Source: Leptogorgia sarmentosa | Lineage: Eukaryota | Assembly (NCBI GenBank): GCA_964658305.1 | Contig: OZ210885.1 | Coordinates: 18,104,001-18,168,000 of the forward strand | Length of the DNA stretch: 64,000 nucleotides | Reading direction: 5' to 3' | Shown: positions 12,852-25,500 of the stretch, piece after piece | How positions within the stretch are numbered: position 1 is the stretch's first letter | Layout: the number at the start of each line of letters is the position of its first letter | Translations under genes and position numbers: made by a program | Notes under the pieces: model-generated | The model's input: only the letters and a program-made list of their open reading frames with translations | Database searches by the model: none | What the model was told of the DNA's origin: nothing

Positions 12852-13352
12852 GAATTATTGACTGCACCGAGTTTTATATTGAAACGCCAAAGATCTGCAT
12901 ACAGCATATATAAATCAAGGAATACTTTTAAGCTGCTAATGTCTATTTCTCCAATTGCTCACTTTAATTTTGTTTCAATTTTATTCAGTGGCAGTATAGG
13001 TGACAAGGAGATTATAAGACAAAGTGTGTTTTTGGATAAGCTGCAGCCTGGTGATGCAATAATGGCTGATAAGGGATTCAACATACAGGATCTACTGGCA
13101 TTATGGGAGACAAGGTTAATTGCTCCACCAATTACGAGAAAAGGTGTAGTGTGATCGGAAGCTTCAACCATCACAAGAAGAATTGCCAGAGTCCACATTC
13201 ATGTTGAAAGAGCAATTAGAAAATTAAAATCTTTTAATATACTGAGGGGTGTGATGCCGCTCACTATGAAGCCATATGTTACGGCCATAGTTAAAGTTTG
13301 TGCTGCTCTTGTAAACTTGCAACCAAGCATCATAGAGTTTGAAATATATTGA
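12852..13352 (+). pseudogene. ISL2EU/Harbinger-type DDE transposase remnant (second lineage)
   Basis: IIDCTEFY, YKSRNTFKLLMSISP, MADKGF, RVHIHVERAI; clearly homologous to 3053-3802. Internal deletion and a stop at 13152. Confidence 0.88.
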
Positions 13353-13605
13353 ATTAATTAACCAATTTATAATTTGTTTGTAGATAATGCCTCAACGATG
13401 TTCGCTTCTGTTTAGCTTCATTTGGAGCAAGCCAGTCATGGACAATTTCACAGTAACCGTCTGGGTTTCATACTTTTCTAAATCCTGATCAAAATTAATC
13501 ACAAAGTCAAAAACACAATCCAGTGCTGTCTCACTTGCCACAAAATGGGGTAATAAATAAAGTAAATCATACCACACCTTCAGAAAATGTTCCAAAAAAA
13601 ATATA

Positions 13606-14407
13606 CCGGGTGGCGCAAAAAAAAGTACAACTGTTTGATTACTTATAGCTCAGAAACCATAAGCAGTAGAACGCTTCGTTGCATCCAGCGGTGTCTAACT
13701 TAAATTTTGGTATATTCGACAGGCATTTTCGTCCAAGATTGACTGAGATATGCGAGTTTAACATTTTTTTGAACAATTTTCAAACGGTCACAAATTAGCT
13801 AAAAACGACCTATAACCGCGTCACTATTTTATCATAAGCAGTGTTTTAACAAACATAGTTGAAGTGCAAATTTCATCTTCCTTGTAACAGAGATGCTTTC
13901 TCGTTTTTGTTGCCTGTTCGGCAACAGAGAAATTAAGCTACAAGGCAAGGTAGATTAAAAGTTTTCTTCTAAATTTTAATTCGACTTCCAAAGGGAATGA
14001 ACTGAATTCTAAAATGCAAATGTCGCCTCGTATGCTTCCAAGTAATAATTATGCCGTGTTTAACGAAGGACCAAAGTGTTGGCAAGACTCTGCATTCGTG
14101 TTGAGGGACATGCATTTCCTAACAAATAGATGTTTGTTTTACACGACCCGGAACACGGTACATATCTCTATATGTCGTTAATGCTGTATTAATATTTAAT
14201 AGGCCATTTCTAGCTAATTTGTGAAAGTTTCAAAATTGTTAAAAAACGTTTGAACTCTCATATCTCAGTCAATCTTGGACGAAAATGCCTGTCAAATATA
14301 CCAAAATTTAAGTTGGACATCGCTGGATGCAATAAAACTCCATTTAGGGTTCTACCTCGTATGGTTTTTGAGTAATCAAACAGTTATACTTTTTTTGTAC
14401 CACCCGG
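13606..14407. mobile_element. Non-autonomous Tc1/mariner-type element
   Basis: TA|CCGGGTGG...CCACCCGG|TA with about 190-bp imperfect TIRs; no ORF. Confidence 0.8.
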
Positions 14408-15549
14408 TATATATATAGTCCACAATTATTGCTATGAAGTGGTTGCTGTGGTACCTAGAAAGAGAATAAGAAAATTACAAAATTAATAAATAGCAGCTCC
14501 ATTTGGAGCAAACCATCGGAATAAAAAGGTTGTCTTTGTCAAGCACTTCTGCTTTTATGAACATCTCTGCTCGTTCATTTCTCTCATCCCTAAGGAAAGA
14601 TTTATGCACAATGTATTACATGAGAACATATGTATCTAACCATAATTTATATGGTACAACTGATATATCAATAATATATTAATTCAAACTTATACTGTAC
14701 CTTGTTCTTTGCTTTACACCCTCTTGCTCCCCACAAAGGACTGTGCACAGGTATGTACTTACAATGGGAAACTGGCAACACAATTCCCCATTGTATTCGC
14801 CAAGAGTGAGTAGCTTCATGCTAAATTATTTACTCCATTAAAAAAGTTACTATGCTATCATTAATCATCCTTTGAGGCAAGAGGCCATCAATGCAGGATT
14901 GGTATATGGTAATTCTATTCAGCTTAATTGGTGGGATTCCATCACCACCCATCTGTTCACCATCATGGGATATTAAGGAGCGTCATAATTGATGATGACG
15001 TCATCCATCGTGCGACGTTTGAATTGATTGTTAAGCAAGTTACGTGGACGTTTACACAAAACAACAGGCAAGCACTTGTATACGAGTATACATGTCGTGA
15101 AGTAAATATACGGTCATTTCTTTCACACATCAACTGAAAAAGTTCTTGCAAATACCCACAATAGTAAATATTGTAAAATGATACTTACTTCTTTCGTGTG
15201 GACCTGCTCGCCATAACATACGCTTTATAACAATTTGTTACAGACAAGCAACAAAACAGATACTCAATTTAATTAGTTTCCAGCCTGTTTACTATAACTG
15301 GTAACACATGTTGCATCCAAAATCTTTCAAGCTGTGCAAGAGCTTCTTCCATAAATGATTCATCATATGTTATGGAAACAGACAGTAAACCACGTTCAGT
15401 CCACACTACAAAGTCACAACAGTCTAATTCTGTTAACAAACATTTGCAACTGAACTTGCATGTAGTATCGACTACCACTCTTTAGGGAAAACTTGTTTCC
15501 ATTTATCTCACCTCCAATTTCTGGAGATATAAATGCTTCTTTAGGTTAA

Positions 15550-16549
15550 AGGTGGGTTACAGTCCCTTCTGCACATGTGCGCTGAGTTTGTTATGAGTAG
15601 GCTACTCATGTTACAATCATAACAAGTTCCCAGTCCTACAGAGTAATAACAACACGCGCGGCCGCCTAAATGTTTTCACTGTCGTGGGCTGCAAGGAGGG
15701 ATGGCTAATTCAGGCGCGTCAAGTTCCGCAAAAAACCCTTCAAATACTAAGCGTCGATTAAATACTAAATATCTAACGCTAGAAAGGTATATGACAAGAA
15801 AAGAGACGCATCTTTCGAGCGGTGGAGAGCGTTCAAACAAGAACGCATCCTGATGACTGACCAGAATGTGGCAGATTTTCTGCTCGACATTAAATACGCG
15901 TGGAGAAACACGTTATGGTGAGTGTGTTGATAATATAACTAAACCTTCGACCTTTTATGATTTTACGCTTTTGGCCTTTGTCTTCACAAGAACAATCAAC
16001 CCCTATTCGTAATTCATATATTTTGCTAAAAAGCTTTAATGAATATTGAATACGTTTTGGGGTATTCTTACAAATACAAATTGGGGGCGAAACGACTTGG
16101 GGCAAATCGACTTGGGGGCGAAACGACTGGATTCCACACCGAATACATATAAAATATGTAAAGGGAGTACATTATTACACATTATTATGCATTAACACAA
16201 TCACGATAACGTGTTTCTGCGTGCGTAAATTATCGAGCAGAAAATCTGCCACATTCTGGTCAGTCTTCAGGTTGCGTTCTTGTTTGAACGCTCTCCACCG
16301 CTCGAAAGCATCTAATTAAAATATCTTAGATGCGTCTCTTTTCTTGCGCTTAGGATTTGAAGGTTTTTTTGCGGAATTTGACGCGCCTGAATCAGCCATC
16401 GCTCCTTGCAGCCCACGACAGTGAAAACATTAGGCGGCCGCGCGTGTTGTTATTACTCTGTAGGACTGGGAACTTGTTATGATTGTAACACGAGTAGCCT
16501 ACTCATAACAAACTCAGCGCACATGCGCAGAAGGGACTGTAACCCACCT
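15550..16549. mobile_element. Non-autonomous Kolobok-type element (1.0 kb)
   Basis: TTAA|AGGTGGGTTACAG...CTGTAACCCACCT|TTAA with TIRs over 300 bp, inserted in the YqaJ coding sequence. Confidence 0.88.
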
Positions 16550-17506
16550 TTAAATATTCTGATGCTTCCATGGGCATTTATATTCCACCACAACATCAGG
16601 GCAATTATCTTCACAACCACATGTACGGATATTGTCCACACTAGCTCCAACAAAGGATTTTTTTCTTGAAGACAAAAATCCTTTAGAAAGATGAGACAGC
16701 TTGTGGTGTTTTTTGCATTCAACTTTGTAATAACTAAGGTGGGCACTGTCTTCATGCTTCAAGCCCGTTCTCTAGTATTCTGAGGATCTTCTTTAACAGT
16801 TAGGTTTGAAGAGACTTGCTGGCATGTGATTTCTTTAACTAGCAATGACACTTTTCTTTCTAACCCTCTGTCCAAACTGTGCTGCATATTCAAAGCTCGT
16901 TGTGCTATAGATCCAGTTATGAAGCCTGATGTATGCTTATACCACTCCCTTAATTTCCATTGTTTTCGAGTTTATTTCCTCTTGGGTGTGAGACAAGTCA
17001 GCAAGAATGACTGCATGCGATTCACTTAAATTTTTGTCACCTCTGTTCTCGCAAATATGTAGCAACTTCTGCTCCAAGATACCATACTCTTTCTGAATTA
17101 ATTGTTGTTTCACAGACTTTTCACTATCAGTACAAGTGTTGCCACTAGACTCGTCAAGTTGGCTGTACAGCTTGGTGAGCAGGGGTAAAATGGTTGGTCT
17201 CATACCAGTATTTTCCAACGATTGTGCAAACATTTGTATGGCATCAGTTGTTGGTACATCGCATCTCTTAATTTTCAGGTCCTGCTGTCTGTAGTGGGTT
17301 TCTTCGTCCATACACAAGGTGCATTGGTTGGATTATCGCTGTCACACATGTTCAATAAGTCTTCCAACAAATACATGAGAGCAGCAATATGCTTGCAGCC
17401 TCCGTCACGACCACCTTTACATCGACATCTTGCTTTCAACACACTGGCCTGATTAGCCCTTTTCCTCTAGCATGAACCAACAATCGTAAATAACTTTCCA
17501 CTTTTA

Positions 17507-18727
17507 TTGTTATTTTCTTGGCGGTTTGTCTCGTGGCAGCTGAAGCACATCCCCTGGGGCATTCTAAATGACAGAAATTCAATTATCGCACAGTATTTTA
17601 ATCTTGGCCTATCATACACTGAAATGACCACATTTCTTTCGAGTTTTCATGGTGTGGTACTGAGTGTACGACAACTCAAACAAATTCTTTGTCGTTTGGG
17701 TCTACGAAGAAGACTCAATCAAAGTGATGTTGACGATGTTTTCAACGCCGTAATGTATGAACTAAATGGTAGTGGAGCTATGATTGGTTACAGGGCTATG
17801 CACCAACGAATGCGGGATAACCACAGATTTGTCGTGACAAGGGAAACTGTTCGACAGATATTAAGAGTTGTTGACCCCCGTGGTGTTGAAGCCCGTTTTA
17901 GACACAGACTTACAAGACGCAGTTACAAAGTGAGAGGTCCTAATGATCGTTGGCACATTGATGGCTATGACAAGTTGAAGCCATTTGGCTTCTGTATTCA
18001 TGGAGCGATTGATGGGTACAGTAGGCGTATTCTTTGGCTCGAGGTTAGTTCTTCAAACAATGATCCAACAATTATTGCTAAATATTATGTTGACTATGTC
18101 CGTCAGGTATCCGGAACAGCAAGGGTAGTTCGGGGTGACAAAGGAACTGAAAATACTCATGTTGCTACAATTCAACGCTATTTTCGAGCTTTACACGACG
18201 ACTCTTTCTCGGGCGATAACAGTTGCGGAAAGTCAACATCAAATCAACGAATAGAATCTTGGTGGAGCCAGTTGCAGCGAAGTTGGGCTGACTGGTGGAT
18301 TTCTTATTTTAAAGATCTTGAGTATCTTGGATTATATTGTAATGAGGATATTATTCATGTCGAGTGCCTAAAATTTTGTTTTATGTCTCTTATTCAAAAT
18401 GAACTGCATGAGGTGGCAAAACTGTGGAACACCCATGTAATCAGACCATCATGCAATGAAAACTCGCATTCTGGTCGACCAGACACATTGTACTCTATTT
18501 CTGAAGCAACTGGAACAGTAAACTATCTGGTCAATGTCGAAAACACCGATATAGAATTAGTCAGCGAGCTGTGTTGTCATGTACGGTCTGCTTGTCTGCC
18601 GGAGTTTGAAGAGCTTGCGCTAATTGTTATGGAAGAAAGGAGGCTTTTATATCCAGAAAACCACACAGAGGCCAAACAGCTATATGTAGAACTATTGCAT
18701 GATATAGAAAATATGGAAGCAAACTGA
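17507..18727 (+). CDS. IS3EU-type integrase-fold DDE transposase (open frame; true start and left end probably lost)
   Basis: N-terminal HTH/Clr5-like region, then WHIDGYDKLKPFGFCIHGAIDGYSRRILWL, RGDKGTEN, NQRIESWW, WNTHVIR. Homologous to the transposases at 28244-30280 and 52600-53918. Confidence 0.85.
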   Translation: MLFSWRFVSWQLKHIPWGILNDRNSIIAQYFNLGLSYTEMTTFLSSFHGVVLSVRQLKQILCRLGLRRRLNQSDVDDVFNAVMYELNGSGAMIGYRAMHQRMRDNHRFVVTRETVRQILRVVDPRGVEARFRHRLTRRSYKVRGPNDRWHIDGYDKLKPFGFCIHGAIDGYSRRILWLEVSSSNNDPTIIAKYYVDYVRQVSGTARVVRGDKGTENTHVATIQRYFRALHDDSFSGDNSCGKSTSNQRIESWWSQLQRSWADWWISYFKDLEYLGLYCNEDIIHVECLKFCFMSLIQNELHEVAKLWNTHVIRPSCNENSHSGRPDTLYSISEATGTVNYLVNVENTDIELVSELCCHVRSACLPEFEELALIVMEERRLLYPENHTEAKQLYVELLHDIENMEAN

Positions 18728-18764
18728 CAATGTCATAATTATTCTTGTGTATATATATAATATA

Positions 18765-18927
18765 TAGGTAGAATCCCGGCCGCTATCACAGAAATTTGTG
18801 TTCGACATATAGCGAGGGTTGATATAAATGACAATGTAGCTACTATGAGTTTCAGGGGCACTGGCTTTCAGTTCGAGATAACGCGAGATTCGAGATAACC
18901 GAGTTCGTGATAGCGAGATTCTACTGT
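18765..18927. mobile_element. pogo/mariner-like MITE
   Basis: TA-flanked (A/C)GTAGAATC...GCTATCAC / GTGATAGCGAGATTCTACTG, with internal TTCGAGATAAC repeats. Confidence 0.6.
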
Positions 18928-19782
18928 ATAGACATGCATGCATGAGCATCGCTGGCTGGGCTGTGGGACAAATATTATGGAGTTAACGGTTTGATGAAGA
19001 CAGTATATGCTTTGATAGTTTTATTGTATAGTTCATATTCATAGTTACGATTTTAGTGTTTTTTCCTCATAAAAAGTGCAAATGCAAGAGATTTTAGAAA
19101 GAAATGTATAAATAGTTGGTGACTTTGATAAATCCTGCTACCAATTTTCTTCTGCCATCTGCAAATGAAGTTCACAGAGTTTCGAGCTCACATATTAATT
19201 TTCAACACGAAATTAGTTTAGTATTTAGCTATTTTCTAAAGCTAAATACAAGGATTAACAGTAAGCAGTTAGAAAATTCCAGAATTTAAAGATAAAAGCC
19301 CCAGATTTGTTACATACAAAAGAAACAAATGAAACAAATTAATGCGCCTGCGTTATTTTTCAGTTGAGAATTCCGCAGTAGTTCCTTTTGCATGTAGATA
19401 AGTTTCTGGCCTTTTTTCCTAGTATATTAATCGGTATATTGATTATAGTTGGTCTCTTGTGTGCTTACTTCATACCTGCTGCATCCAGTTTGATTCATGG
19501 TCATGAATAGTTTTTGCATATGTCCAAAGCAAACGCAAAGTTTAAACAGAATATCAATACCTACATATATGTAATGTTTCTAGATCGGAAATGTCTTGTG
19601 ATAACGGCTAAGTCAATGTGGCAAACTGCAACAATAACAGCATCAGTTAAAGGGATATGGCAATATATTTTTTTTCAGTTTATAAAAGATGCCACATATG
19701 CTGGTTATTTAAAAATCCCATACTGACCTATTGTTTCCATCAGGTACTAATTTTATAGGCTTTTTTCTCAGTGTGATTTTAA

Positions 19783-20499
19783 GTGCTCGTCCGCCATTTT
19801 GAAAAAACTTGGGAAAAATTAGTGCGTAGTTCAAAGTTCGCGCGTGACGTCATAAGCAGGGAAGCAGATTTCATGTTTACATATTTTAATATGGACGACT
19901 ATGAAAATTCGGGTCGGAACACAAACGAATGGCAAGAAATACAGCCATATATGTTTGAACCGAATAAAAACGAAGGCACTAATGAAAGTTATGATTCCGG
20001 TGATGAATCTACGTCAACAGAAGAGGAAGAGGAGGAAATCGATCATGAATTCGAGGCGATTAATTCTTGGCGTCTTTCAACACTGGAATGGTGCAAGTGT
20101 GGTCATTGTGCAATTATGGAAAAAAGTATTGAGAGTTTCTGTTGCCACGAAAAGGCCGTAGAATATGATAAGTACGATGGAAAGTTGACTTGCGCACAAG
20201 ATCAAGGATTGACCTGTATAACAGAATTGTCTGCGTTTACCCAAAATATGTTGTCAGAGGAAGTACTCGAGATTGATGCTTCGCAGTATTTGGAGGACAA
20301 CTGGCCCATTGGGGATGACGAACTTGCTCAAACCCACAAAATATATCGGCTGGTTTCATATCGTAGGTGTTCCAGATGGATTTTCCATATTCTAGGGAAA
20401 AAAAATAGAAGAGTTTTTCCATCTTGTGTTTATAAGTCTATAAGGAATAAATTTGCGTCACCAGATGGCCTCTATACTCACTTTAAATTTGCAAAGTAA
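19783..20499 (+). CDS. KolX-like protein (similar to the P2X7 cytoplasmic Cys-rich domain); probable ATG at 19873 or 19891
   Basis: IQPYMFEP, acidic tract, WCKCGHC...ESFCCHE, YRLVSYRR..WI..LGKKNRRVFPSCVYKSIRNKF; frame intact. Confidence 0.85.
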   Translation: MLVRHFEKTWEKLVRSSKFARDVISREADFMFTYFNMDDYENSGRNTNEWQEIQPYMFEPNKNEGTNESYDSGDESTSTEEEEEEIDHEFEAINSWRLSTLEWCKCGHCAIMEKSIESFCCHEKAVEYDKYDGKLTCAQDQGLTCITELSAFTQNMLSEEVLEIDASQYLEDNWPIGDDELAQTHKIYRLVSYRRCSRWIFHILGKKNRRVFPSCVYKSIRNKFASPDGLYTHFKFAK

Positions 20500-20635
20500 A
20501 TACTGACTGCTTATGTTATCTGGAACTGTCAGGTACTCCTAACAATTTTTTAATTGCTAGAGACAAAAGAACTCCTGCTTAATTACAGAGCCCCTTAATT
20601 GGTACTACTTACCGTATAATGTTGCGTACTTAATT

Positions 20636-23600
20636 TCATTTATTTGAGCAAAAATCGGTTTTACAACCACATGATTCTGTGCACTTCTCAAAAGATTTTT
20701 TGCACGGACATCTCACTGTGGCGCATTTCCCAGAACAGTCACACAGAGGAAGTTCCTTGTCTACAGGATAAGCTGGTTTAGTAAATCTACTGTATTTTGT
20801 GGAAATTACTTCTGCCTTGGATTTTCTTCCAGCATCTTTGGTGTATTTTTCCACAAGTGAAACAGGCTCGGTTGGAAGAAACTCTTTGGCATGGCATTTA
20901 GCTTTCCTTAAAGTGCTAAAATCTTTCCGCAGTTGGATGACTTCACAATGGATCGTTTGGATGTAATCTGCAATAATGGGATGTAAACTGTAAGTAAACA
21001 TCTAAGTAAACATCTAAGTAAGTTGTGCTTGATTTGGAATGATGCCTCTAACTTACTATGTGTTGAACTTTCTTTTATTTGTCTGGCAACAGCTTTCTCT
21101 CCATTATTGGCTTTTGGATAAATTATGTTCCATCGATCAACACCTTCCTTTGTGCTGGCTTGTTTTCGATTAGAATTTTTGTTGTAATGCATGTTAGAAC
21201 AAAATAGTCTAAAATGGGAATTTGAAAACTTGTTATAAAGTTCAAAATGAAATTTGCAAATTCATGAACAAAGCTTCTGGCTCAAACCAGCAAATTTAAT
21301 GCTTGTCAATTTCCTTTTTAGTTTTGCAACATATTTGCAAAGTTCCTTACAAAGTTAACAACCATGCACAGAAAAGTAATCTTAAATTGACTGTAAGAAT
21401 GATCAGCAAGATAGTTATCTAGCCTGCATTTTGTCAACATACCTTGCCATCAGGGAATGATATGGGTAATAGAGCTTCTTCCCTGCAAACTGGTTGTCTA
21501 GAGAATGCTTGGCTTCCAGTGCTGATGTTTGATGGTAGTTTGACACTTTGCGGATTGCTGCTATAAGCCTGGACCTGGTTACTATCTCTTTCAGCTTTTT
21601 GTGAACAGCAGAACCTACAAAGTATTATTTGGTTCCATTAGAAGCAAATGGTGGGAAAGGGTAACAAATTCTTCATTGAAGAGTTAGAGTTTTATGGTAA
21701 TGCTTTCATATTTGGAAAGGGGCTTCAGTAGGAAATAGATTATCATACCTAACTTTAACCAGTCTCTTTCAACTGTTTCATGTGTGCATTTCTTAAATAT
21801 CTTGTTTCCTTCATGGACATGAATATCAACAATGTGATTGAGTATGCTCCTCCACTTTTCTTCTCTTTCATTTGGGGATGTACTTGAGATTGCCACCCAA
21901 TAGATGTGATTAATTATAGACTATAAAATGAAAAGGCCTGTTATAATTTCTTTACATATAGTTTAGAAACATTTACAGTCTTTTTGCAGTACCCCAATCC
22001 AAGGCTTTAATGATCGAAATTTTTTTGTCTTGACAATTTTCTGTAACCTTTTCCTTTCTCCTGTATTTAATGAAGAGTAAAAAGAAGTTCAGAACAGTAT
22101 GTACAGTACTTAGTGGTGCTGGGAGCATCTGACGAAATCGTATAGTAATTTTCTTTTAATAAATATTTTTAGTTGGCAGGAGATGGAAGTGATCGCTAAA
22201 TGCCAAACGTCATATGCATGTTCGATGGTAGGTTTTTCTTGAGCCATAAATGCTGCTACTTGAGAGTGTCTGTCTGTCTGTCACAAGCTTGCTCATCTTA
22301 ATTCCAGATTCTTCAAGATAGCTGAGTTGTCTCTTAAGAGATTCTAATTCCATGGCGTTGGAATTTTTCACCTCGGTACACTAAAATGAAGATAGGGAAC
22401 TTTTGAGTGATAGTGGTAGCAAATACAGATGGATTTTTATCTGTAGGCAGCCAAAACGCTAATTAAAGCTCTTTGAAATGAGGACTAAGACAAATTACCT
22501 TTATCACTTGGGTGTCGAGAATTACGTTTCGATCTATATCTAGTGAACTGCCAGATCCAAGCAGCCCGCTGTGTCCCGGGCTATCTACTCGCATGTCAGA
22601 GGCTATTACAATAGGTTTATTTTTTATATCTTGCAATAATCTCAGTTGCTCTCTTTTCCAAACTCTAAAAACAGCGGGAATGACGTACGCTTGCTGAAGG
22701 TTTGAAAACTCTCTACGTTCGATGCACATAATCTTCAAAGATTGTAAGAATCGCAAAGTTTTGCTGGGCTCCATACCAGTAGATACAATGCTGGCTGCAA
22801 TCATTAGGTTCAAAATGGGCAGTCGATTACACACTGGTCCTGTGGTCCACAGAAAATCATGGCTGGGGTTTCCTGAGCAAAATACGCCAATTTTACAGTA
22901 AGTTCCAATTTGATGTTCCAAGAACACGTTACACCAGGCGTTGCACTTAAAGCACACATGAAATAAATTAGCGAGCGACTCTTCGAACACTATAAATTTA
23001 AGCTGATCTTTCGGAGGTTTATCACTCGATAACATTACTCTCTCATTTTCATTGTTACAAATAGTTTCTTCCTCATCCTTTCCTCCTTCGTTAGCGCTTT
23101 CTTCTTCATCATTGTCGCTTGGATTGTAATTTTCTTCGTCATCGCTCTCCTGCTCTTTTTCTTCAGTAATTTCATCTGGTGGAAGTGGGTTACTGAACAG
23201 CTGTTTCATTGGAGGATTTTTCTGATGGTCTTCAATTTTTTCATGCAAAGGAATATTTCTTATTGAACCACTCGTTAGTTGCAAACCATCTTCATTTACG
23301 GATGCCAATGGGTAGATGTTTTCATTGAGAGGAGAGGCATTTTCAAATGCGTCAGTGTTCGTACTTGCAACATTTCCGTCCAAAATCGTACTAGTTTGAC
23401 ACGCAGACGAAACCAGCTTAACTGGACATAGTTTCCTGGATAAATAATCACTTGTAAGTAAAGTTTGTGTTGCCTTTGATTTCATAGTTTTACATGGTGC
23501 AATATCTATATCGAGAGTCTGAACTTTTTTATTTCTCACAATCGCAAAATATTCAGTTTGGATTGAAACCGACTGAAGGTTGCTGTAAATAATGGGGTCT

Positions 23601-23715
23601 ACACTTTGTTGTTCAACTTCACAGAGTTCAGTGTCAGGTATTTCGCCATCCACTACTACTTCATTCGATTTCTCAGCAACATTTGCTTCTGCAATCAGAC
23701 GTTCTACTTCCTTTT
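20636..23715 (-). pseudogene. Kolobok DDE transposase, multi-exon, with C-terminal CXC-like Cys cluster
   Basis: IASDMRVDSPGHS, NSNAMELE, LVTDR, AYDVWH, QTSALEAKHS, HYNKN, and C-terminal CDCSGKCATVRCPCKK..CTESCGC. A 4-bp GACA slippage at ~22270 shifts the frame. 5' exon not defined. Confidence 0.85.
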
Positions 23716-23746
23716 CCAAAAGAAAAACAAAAAAATAACTATATTT

Positions 23747-23968
23747 GAGGGTCGTGAAGGGGGTTCCTATTCCCATTTCTCATCCCAAATTTTGACTAAA
23801 TCCCATGCAGTCCCAACGTGTCAGTGGCTGTTCTGCTCAAATCGTAATCCCATTCCCATTTTCTATTGTTTTATTGCTGATGAATCCCAGTCCCAGTGCA
23901 TGAAATCCCATTTTCCCAGCCAAAAAATAAGCAACTCCCAGTTCCCATTTTATCCCTTCAGGGCCCTC
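23747..23968. mobile_element. MITE in a Kolobok intron
   Basis: TATATTT|GAGGGTCGTGAAGGG...CCCTTCAGGGCCCTC|TATATTT (7-bp direct repeat); internal TCCCA repeats. Confidence 0.7.
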
Positions 23969-24751
23969 TATATTTAGTAGTATAAAACGAAACATACTAT
24001 GAATAAAAGGTCCATCTTGAATATTTGATACAACTGTCACTTGTACAACCATAAACAGGACAATACATGCTGTCAAGTGTTTTGAATTTTGCAATTTTCT
24101 AGATTGTTACACCGAAGTGCTCAATACATATTTGGATTATAAATATTTGATATGTATCAAGTGAATTTAAAAATTCAGAGTGAAATATGTTGCTGTTGGA
24201 ATTTGTGTTGGGAGGGTGAGGGTGTGATGGATATCTATTTTCAGACAGCATTTCCAAAGTTTTTCATTGTTAGAAAATGGAATCGAAGAGGTAAAAATGG
24301 ATATGTAGCTAACCTAAACTCTGCCTATACTCTAACCCATTCTAATCAAAGTGATCACGAAAATAAAAAATCAACCACAAATTTTCCAAAAGTGGCGTGA
24401 CATTATTGGAAGCAAGCGAAAACCGGCAATATTAGTCATCTTTTGTGCCGGATTCGCAATTTCGCAATATAACTTTAAAAGTAAGAAAGATATTTACCCT
24501 GCTTATGACGTCAGAAGAGATTCGCATGCATAAATTAGCATACGCGATTTGAATTCAAGATGGCGCCACACGAAGAAGAATTCTACATTTTCATGCATCA
24601 TTTTAGTGATTTTACAGGAGAAAACAAGCAACTATAGACTAATTTTATTTTTTTGCAAAGTTCTAGAGGTAAACTTTATTCTGATTACAAAAACAAATAT
24701 ATTGCCATATCCCTTTAAAGTAAGGTCAGGTTCAAGCAATAACCGACTAGC

Positions 24752-25500
24752 TCAAACTGTTTGAATTCTTTTTGCATAATTATTGTCAATTCCATGACAA
24801 TCATCCTTCATTTGCTCGTGCAATTGTTGGTCAGATGGTACAGTTTGTGTATCTGAAACAGAACTCACTTTGTGCAAGTGAGAGTCTCCATCCACAGATG
24901 TACACAATGTATCTGTTTTTTCTTTTGACATGAGGTAGATCCCAACTCGGGAAAGCTTGTTGTTTGCAATATAATTCTGCAGAGTAAATACCTCAATACT
25001 ATCTTGAACTAGTTCACCTTTAAAGTTTCCCAGTTGTAGCTTCATTCTTGAAGCCATTCCATGACACATATTCCTGCCATCAGGATAAAATATTTTAACA
25101 GCCTCCTTGATAATATCGTCAGCACTAGCGTCTATACTCATACTGATGTCTCTAGTCCCTCCACCAGATTGCAATCGTACTGCTACATACTTTCCCTTTT
25201 CATTGTTGTAATGCATCCATCCTAATTGTATTTTTCTTGTTTTTCCAGCACCAGTACTTGATTGATGTGCTTTCTGTGCCTGGTCTTCATTTACATTCCT
25301 TTTAGACTTTTTCCTTAGCTCATCCAACAACCTACGTTTTCTCATTTCTTTTGATTCGGTACTGCTTCCTCCAGTTGCCATCTCTCTTGAATTTGTGTTT
25401 GACAGAACCACCTTTGAGAAAACCGTTGTCCCGCTGCTTTCAGGCCATACTCTTCCAATATCGCGTCACTTGCAAACTGTATTGCATCAAAATCCATCAA
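24752..25500 (-). pseudogene. N-terminal part of an IS3EU second-ORF protein (probable partner of the 17507 transposase)
   Basis: RKIQLGWMHY...YVAVRLQSGGGTRDI...IFYPDG...FTLQNY...IYLM resembles the Ubl-like region of the HECT ORF at 55538-56701. It is convergent to the 17507 transposase across the Kolobok insertion. Confidence 0.55.

Larger units (their letters stand above)
13392..17500 (-). pseudogene. Second ISL2EU ORF2 remnant: SWIM + YqaJ + Ulp1-like C-terminus, split by insertions
   Basis: CRCKGGRDGGCKHIAA (~17400); KHEDSA, VGASVD, VEYKCPW (16560-16760); ELDCCDFVVWT (15420); VPQQPLHSNNCGLY (~14415-14453). Interrupted by the elements at 13606-14407 and 15550-16549. Confidence 0.8.
19651..24714 (-). 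mobile_element. Kolobok DNA transposon, full length
   Basis: TTAA|AGGGATATGGCAATATATTT...AAATATATTGCCATATCCCT|TTAA; contains a KolX-like ORF and a convergent spliced DDE transposase. Confidence 0.92.

Noticed and set aside
19783..20499. Host P2RX7 gene
   Set aside because: No transmembrane or ectodomain sequence; it sits within a TTAA-flanked Kolobok.
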